From assembly GCA_963676565.1 (NCBI GenBank), contig OY781089.1, forward strand, positions 1,344,001 to 1,408,000: a DNA stretch of 64,000 bases, written 5' to 3'. Source of the DNA: Halarcobacter sp. (GTDB lineage Bacteria; Campylobacterota; Campylobacteria; Campylobacterales; Arcobacteraceae). Within the stretch, counting starts at the first letter, position 1. Each line of letters opens with the position of its first letter. A program made the translations under genes and the position numbers. The notes under the pieces were generated by a model, which did not search any database, was not told the origin of the DNA, and worked only from the letters and a program-made list of their open reading frames with translations. This document shows, in pieces, positions 60,472 through 64,000 of this stretch.

Positions 60472-61785
60472 TTATTTTAAGGTATTTAAAATTGAATCTT
60501 CCTGAAGTTTTTCACTATCATATTTTACAATAACTACATTTTCAGTTTTATTTATATACCACTCATCAATTCCTTCAACTGAATCTAACTTTGATGTGTT
60601 ACTTGATGTCGTGTCATCTAATGGGATATAAGATAGTTTTTTCTTAGCTGGATTTGGCATAGTTAAGATTAAAATTATCCATAAAACACAAATTACTGCA
60701 ATAACAATAACAAGTGATGATAATGTAACTTTTTCAAAAAATAAACCACCTAATAGTCCACCTAGGAAAGTTCCAAAATATCCAAAAGAGTTAAAAATAC
60801 CTAATACTAATCCTCTTTGGTGAACTTTAGCAAATTTTGAAGCAAGAGATTGCATAATTGGTTCATGCATGTTAAATCCAATAAAGAAAATAACAACACC
60901 TATAACAAAAATTGTTGCAGATGAACTTAATCCAATAATTAAATATGAAACAGCAAAGAAAACAATACCAATCATAAGAATCTCTTTAAATTTACCTTTT
61001 TTCTCAGCTAAAATAGCAGCAGGTGCCATAGCTAAAAATCCAAATATCATAGATGGAAGGTAAACTTTCCAAAGTTCAGACATTTCCCATTGGAAGTTTT
61101 TGATTAAAACCATTGGAATAATCATAAATGCAAATGTCATCAAACCTTTTTGTAAAAAGTTTGTTATATTCATTTTCATTAAGTTTGCATTTCCTAATAC
61201 TTCTGGAAGTTTTGACTTACCATTGTAAGAGTGTTCAATATGTGGTGGATTCGGTACTGCTTTTAATAATACTACAATTGAACCAAGTGCAATTACTGTA
61301 GTAATATAAAATAAACTTTCAACACCAGCAAATGAACTTATTGTTGGTCCTAAAATCATAGATGCAGCAAAACTAACACCAATAGCCATACCCATTACAG
61401 CCATAGCTTTTGGTCTTTGTTCCTCTTTTACTAAATCACTAATCATTGCTGTAACTACTGCTCCAATAGCTCCAGCACCTTGTAAAAACCTTCCTAACAT
61501 TAAAGTTAAGATATCAGTTGCAAGTGCACAAAAAATTGAACCAATTGCAAAAAGTAAAAGGCCTGTTATGATAGTACCTTTCCTTCCTAATTTATCACTC
61601 ATTATTCCAAATGGAACTTGAAAAATCATTTGTGTTAAGGCATAACCACCAACAACTACTCCTACAAGTGTTGTTGTTGCACCATGAAGATTTATTGCAT
61701 AAACTGAAAGAACAGGTAAAACTAAAAATAGACCAAAGAATCTTAGCGCAATAATTGAACTAAGAGGTAAAATAGATTTAATCAT
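60472..61785 (-). CDS. MFS transporter (YajR-like)
   Basis: RFFGLFLVLPV, GIMSDKLGRK, GRFLQGAGA; C-terminal soluble domain. Confidence 0.9.
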   Translation of the reverse strand: MIKSILPLSSIIALRFFGLFLVLPVLSVYAINLHGATTTLVGVVVGGYALTQMIFQVPFGIMSDKLGRKGTIITGLLLFAIGSIFCALATDILTLMLGRFLQGAGAIGAVVTAMISDLVKEEQRPKAMAVMGMAIGVSFAASMILGPTISSFAGVESLFYITTVIALGSIVVLLKAVPNPPHIEHSYNGKSKLPEVLGNANLMKMNITNFLQKGLMTFAFMIIPMVLIKNFQWEMSELWKVYLPSMIFGFLAMAPAAILAEKKGKFKEILMIGIVFFAVSYLIIGLSSSATIFVIGVVIFFIGFNMHEPIMQSLASKFAKVHQRGLVLGIFNSFGYFGTFLGGLLGGLFFEKVTLSSLVIVIAVICVLWIILILTMPNPAKKKLSYIPLDDTTSSNTSKLDSVEGIDEWYINKTENVVIVKYDSEKLQEDSILNTLK

Positions 61786-61871
61786 ATATAATCCCAGGTA
61801 ATTTAAAATAGAGCAGATTATATTTGATTTAAGTTAAAATTACTGTTAAAGTCTGAAAGTAAAGGATATTT

Positions 61872-62474
61872 ATGAAAATTGTTTTAGCTAGTGGCAATAA
61901 AGGAAAAATCGAGGAGTTTAAAAAGCTTATGCCAAATGATGAGGTTATAGCTTTTAAAGAATTAATTGGTGATTTTGAAGTTACTGAAGATAAAGATACT
62001 TTTCAAGGAAATGCTGTAAAAAAAGCTGTTGAGATTTATGAAAAAATTGTTTTAGAACATCCAGATGATAATATTGTAGTAATCTCAGATGATAGCGGTA
62101 TTACAGTTCCAGCAATCAATAATGAACCAGGAATTTACTCAGCCAGATATGCTGGGATTGGTTCTAGTGATAGAGAAAATAATGCAAAGTTAATCTCAAA
62201 ATTAAAAGAGAAAAATCTATCAAAAACGCCAGCTTATTATACAGCTTGTATAGCAATTATTTATAAAAGTGAAACTTATACTGTTCATGGATGGATGCAT
62301 GGAAATGTTATAGATGAAGAAAAAGGTGAGGGTGGTTTTGGATATGACCCTATGTTTATCGCAAATGGTTTTGATAAAACATTAGGGGAATTAGGTTATG
62401 AAGTAAAAAAAGATTTTTCCCATAGAACAAAGGCTTTAAAATTGGCGAAAAAAGTTTTAGAGGTGATTTTATAA
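61872..62474 (+). CDS. rdgB: Non-canonical purine NTP pyrophosphatase (RdgB/HAM1)
   Basis: [31 protein letters not shown]. Confidence 0.95.
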   Translation: MKIVLASGNKGKIEEFKKLMPNDEVIAFKELIGDFEVTEDKDTFQGNAVKKAVEIYEKIVLEHPDDNIVVISDDSGITVPAINNEPGIYSARYAGIGSSDRENNAKLISKLKEKNLSKTPAYYTACIAIIYKSETYTVHGWMHGNVIDEEKGEGGFGYDPMFIANGFDKTLGELGYEVKKDFSHRTKALKLAKKVLEVIL

Positions 62475-62496
62475 AAGTAGAGATTTCTCTACTTTT
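62473..62496. terminator. Bidirectional terminator
   Basis: AAAAGTAGAG-ATTT-CTCTACTTTT. Confidence 0.75.
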
Positions 62497-62499
62497 ATT

Positions 62500-63825
62500 T
62501 TAAAATACGTATACTGCTGCAATCCATCCAAATATAACTAGTGGGATATTATAGTGTAAAAATGTTGGTACAACTGAATCCCAAATATGATCATGTTGTC
62601 CATCAACATTAAGTCCTGAAGTTGGACCTAAGGTACTATCTGAAGCAGGACTTCCAGCATCACCTAAGGCTGCAGCAGTCCCAATAATTGTTATTGTTGC
62701 CATAACTGAAAAGTCTAATTGTAAACATAAGGGTGCATAAATAGTTGCAATAATTGGAATTGTAGAAAAAGATGAACCAATTCCCATAGTAATAAATAAT
62801 CCAACAAGAAGCATCAATAAAACTGCCAATGATTTATTGTCTCCAATAATATCTACAACTGATGATACTAAAGTTTCAACTGCACCTGTTGAGTTGATAA
62901 CACTTGCAAAACCATTTGCTGCAATCATAATAAATCCAATCATTCCCATCATTTTTAAACCCTTAGTAAAAAAATCTTGGGTTTGATTTGCTTTAATCAC
63001 ACCTGCTACAATGAAAATAATAAAACCTGCTAATGAACCTAATATAATAGAATTTGTGTAAACTTGTAAAGCTAGAGCAGTAATAACTGAGATTAAAGCG
63101 ACAAAGATATGAAAAAAGTTAATCTCTTTTTTCTCTGATTCAATTTCTAATATTTTACTTATGTCATATTCTCTTTTCTTTTTATATGAGAAGAAAACAG
63201 CAACTAATAAACCTAAAAACATACCAAATACTGGAATGGCCATAGCTATAGGAAGTTGAGCTGAAACTGCTTTAACACCATTATCAACTAGATTTTTTAA
63301 TAATATTTCATTTAAAAATATTCCTCCAAATCCAACAGGAAGTAACATATATGTAGCAACTAAACCAAAGGTGATTAAACAAGCTATTACTCTTCTATCT
63401 AATTGTAGTTTTGCCATTGAATGAAGTAAAGGTGGAATTAAAATTGGAATAAAAGCAATATGAACTGGAACAAGATTTTGTGATGAAATTGCAGCAAATA
63501 AAATTAGTGTTAGCATTAAATATTTTACATAAATAAAGCCCAAAGATGATTGATCTGATGATACTTTTTTAATTATCATATTTGATAATAGATCAGTTAT
63601 ACCAGATTTTGAAATAGCAACTGCAAAGGTTCCTAACATTGCATAACTTAAGGCAATTGTTGCACCATCACCTAATCCATTGTTAAAAGCTTTTATTGTT
63701 TCATTTAAATCAAGACCTGCACTTAAGCCTCCAATTATCGCTCCTACAATTAAAGCGATAACTATATTTACCCTTAAAAGTGAGAGTAAAACCATTAAAC
63801 TAACTGCAATTATTACAGAGTTCAT
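62500..63825 (-). CDS. NhaC-like/YuiF-family membrane transporter
   Basis: [42 protein letters not shown]. Confidence 0.85.
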   Translation of the reverse strand: MNSVIIAVSLMVLLSLLRVNIVIALIVGAIIGGLSAGLDLNETIKAFNNGLGDGATIALSYAMLGTFAVAISKSGITDLLSNMIIKKVSSDQSSLGFIYVKYLMLTLILFAAISSQNLVPVHIAFIPILIPPLLHSMAKLQLDRRVIACLITFGLVATYMLLPVGFGGIFLNEILLKNLVDNGVKAVSAQLPIAMAIPVFGMFLGLLVAVFFSYKKKREYDISKILEIESEKKEINFFHIFVALISVITALALQVYTNSIILGSLAGFIIFIVAGVIKANQTQDFFTKGLKMMGMIGFIMIAANGFASVINSTGAVETLVSSVVDIIGDNKSLAVLLMLLVGLFITMGIGSSFSTIPIIATIYAPLCLQLDFSVMATITIIGTAAALGDAGSPASDSTLGPTSGLNVDGQHDHIWDSVVPTFLHYNIPLVIFGWIAAVYVF

Positions 63826-64000
63826 ATCTTGTCCTTCTTTATGAGTTTTATAAAAATTACATAAATATTTTATATAAATTACATTTTTTAAGGTGGAAGT
63901 TTACTCAAAAGATTGTAAAAAGAAACTAAAGTTAGATTATTTGATTAAGAAAATAGTTTTATATACTCTTACATTAAAATCAAGGGCTTTTACAAACATC

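Noticed and set aside
63826..64000. Riboswitch upstream of the NhaC-like transporter
   Set aside because: No recognisable aptamer or stable stems in the visible sequence; the region is cut by the window edge

Overview
AT-rich chromosomal window from a Campylobacterota bacterium, most likely Arcobacteraceae. This is inferred from gene order (rpsB-tsf-ABC-acidic protein-gmk; nifU-TPR-murE), an FqrB-type reductase, cytochrome c553 and many signalling proteins. It is mostly core genome: ileS, valS, murE, rpsB, tsf, gmk, hemH, mqo, tpx, rdgB, a UvrD-family helicase and an 8-tRNA operon. Interspersed modules are: (i) an acetate-type uptake locus (Cache kinase/OmpR regulator, DUF4212-ActP, cNMP-CBS-DUF294 nucleotidyltransferase, DEDD exonuclease); (ii) a MoxR-DUF58-VWA operon ending in two paralogous membrane proteins with a degenerate OmpA-like domain; (iii) an accessory block with a fluoroacetate-dehalogenase-like hydrolase and a TudS-related desulfidase/ABC operon, preceded by a structured leader that looks like an unannotated riboswitch; (iv) an AmmeMemoRadiSam triad in a run with hemH behind a Fur-like box; (v) a LapG/LapD pair whose LapD has a ~105-aa cadherin-like insertion; (vi) a candidate sRNA at ~44577-44695. 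I saw no IS, integrase, prophage, rRNA or CRISPR array. All family assignments come from reading motifs and from recalled reference sequences; no database search was run.
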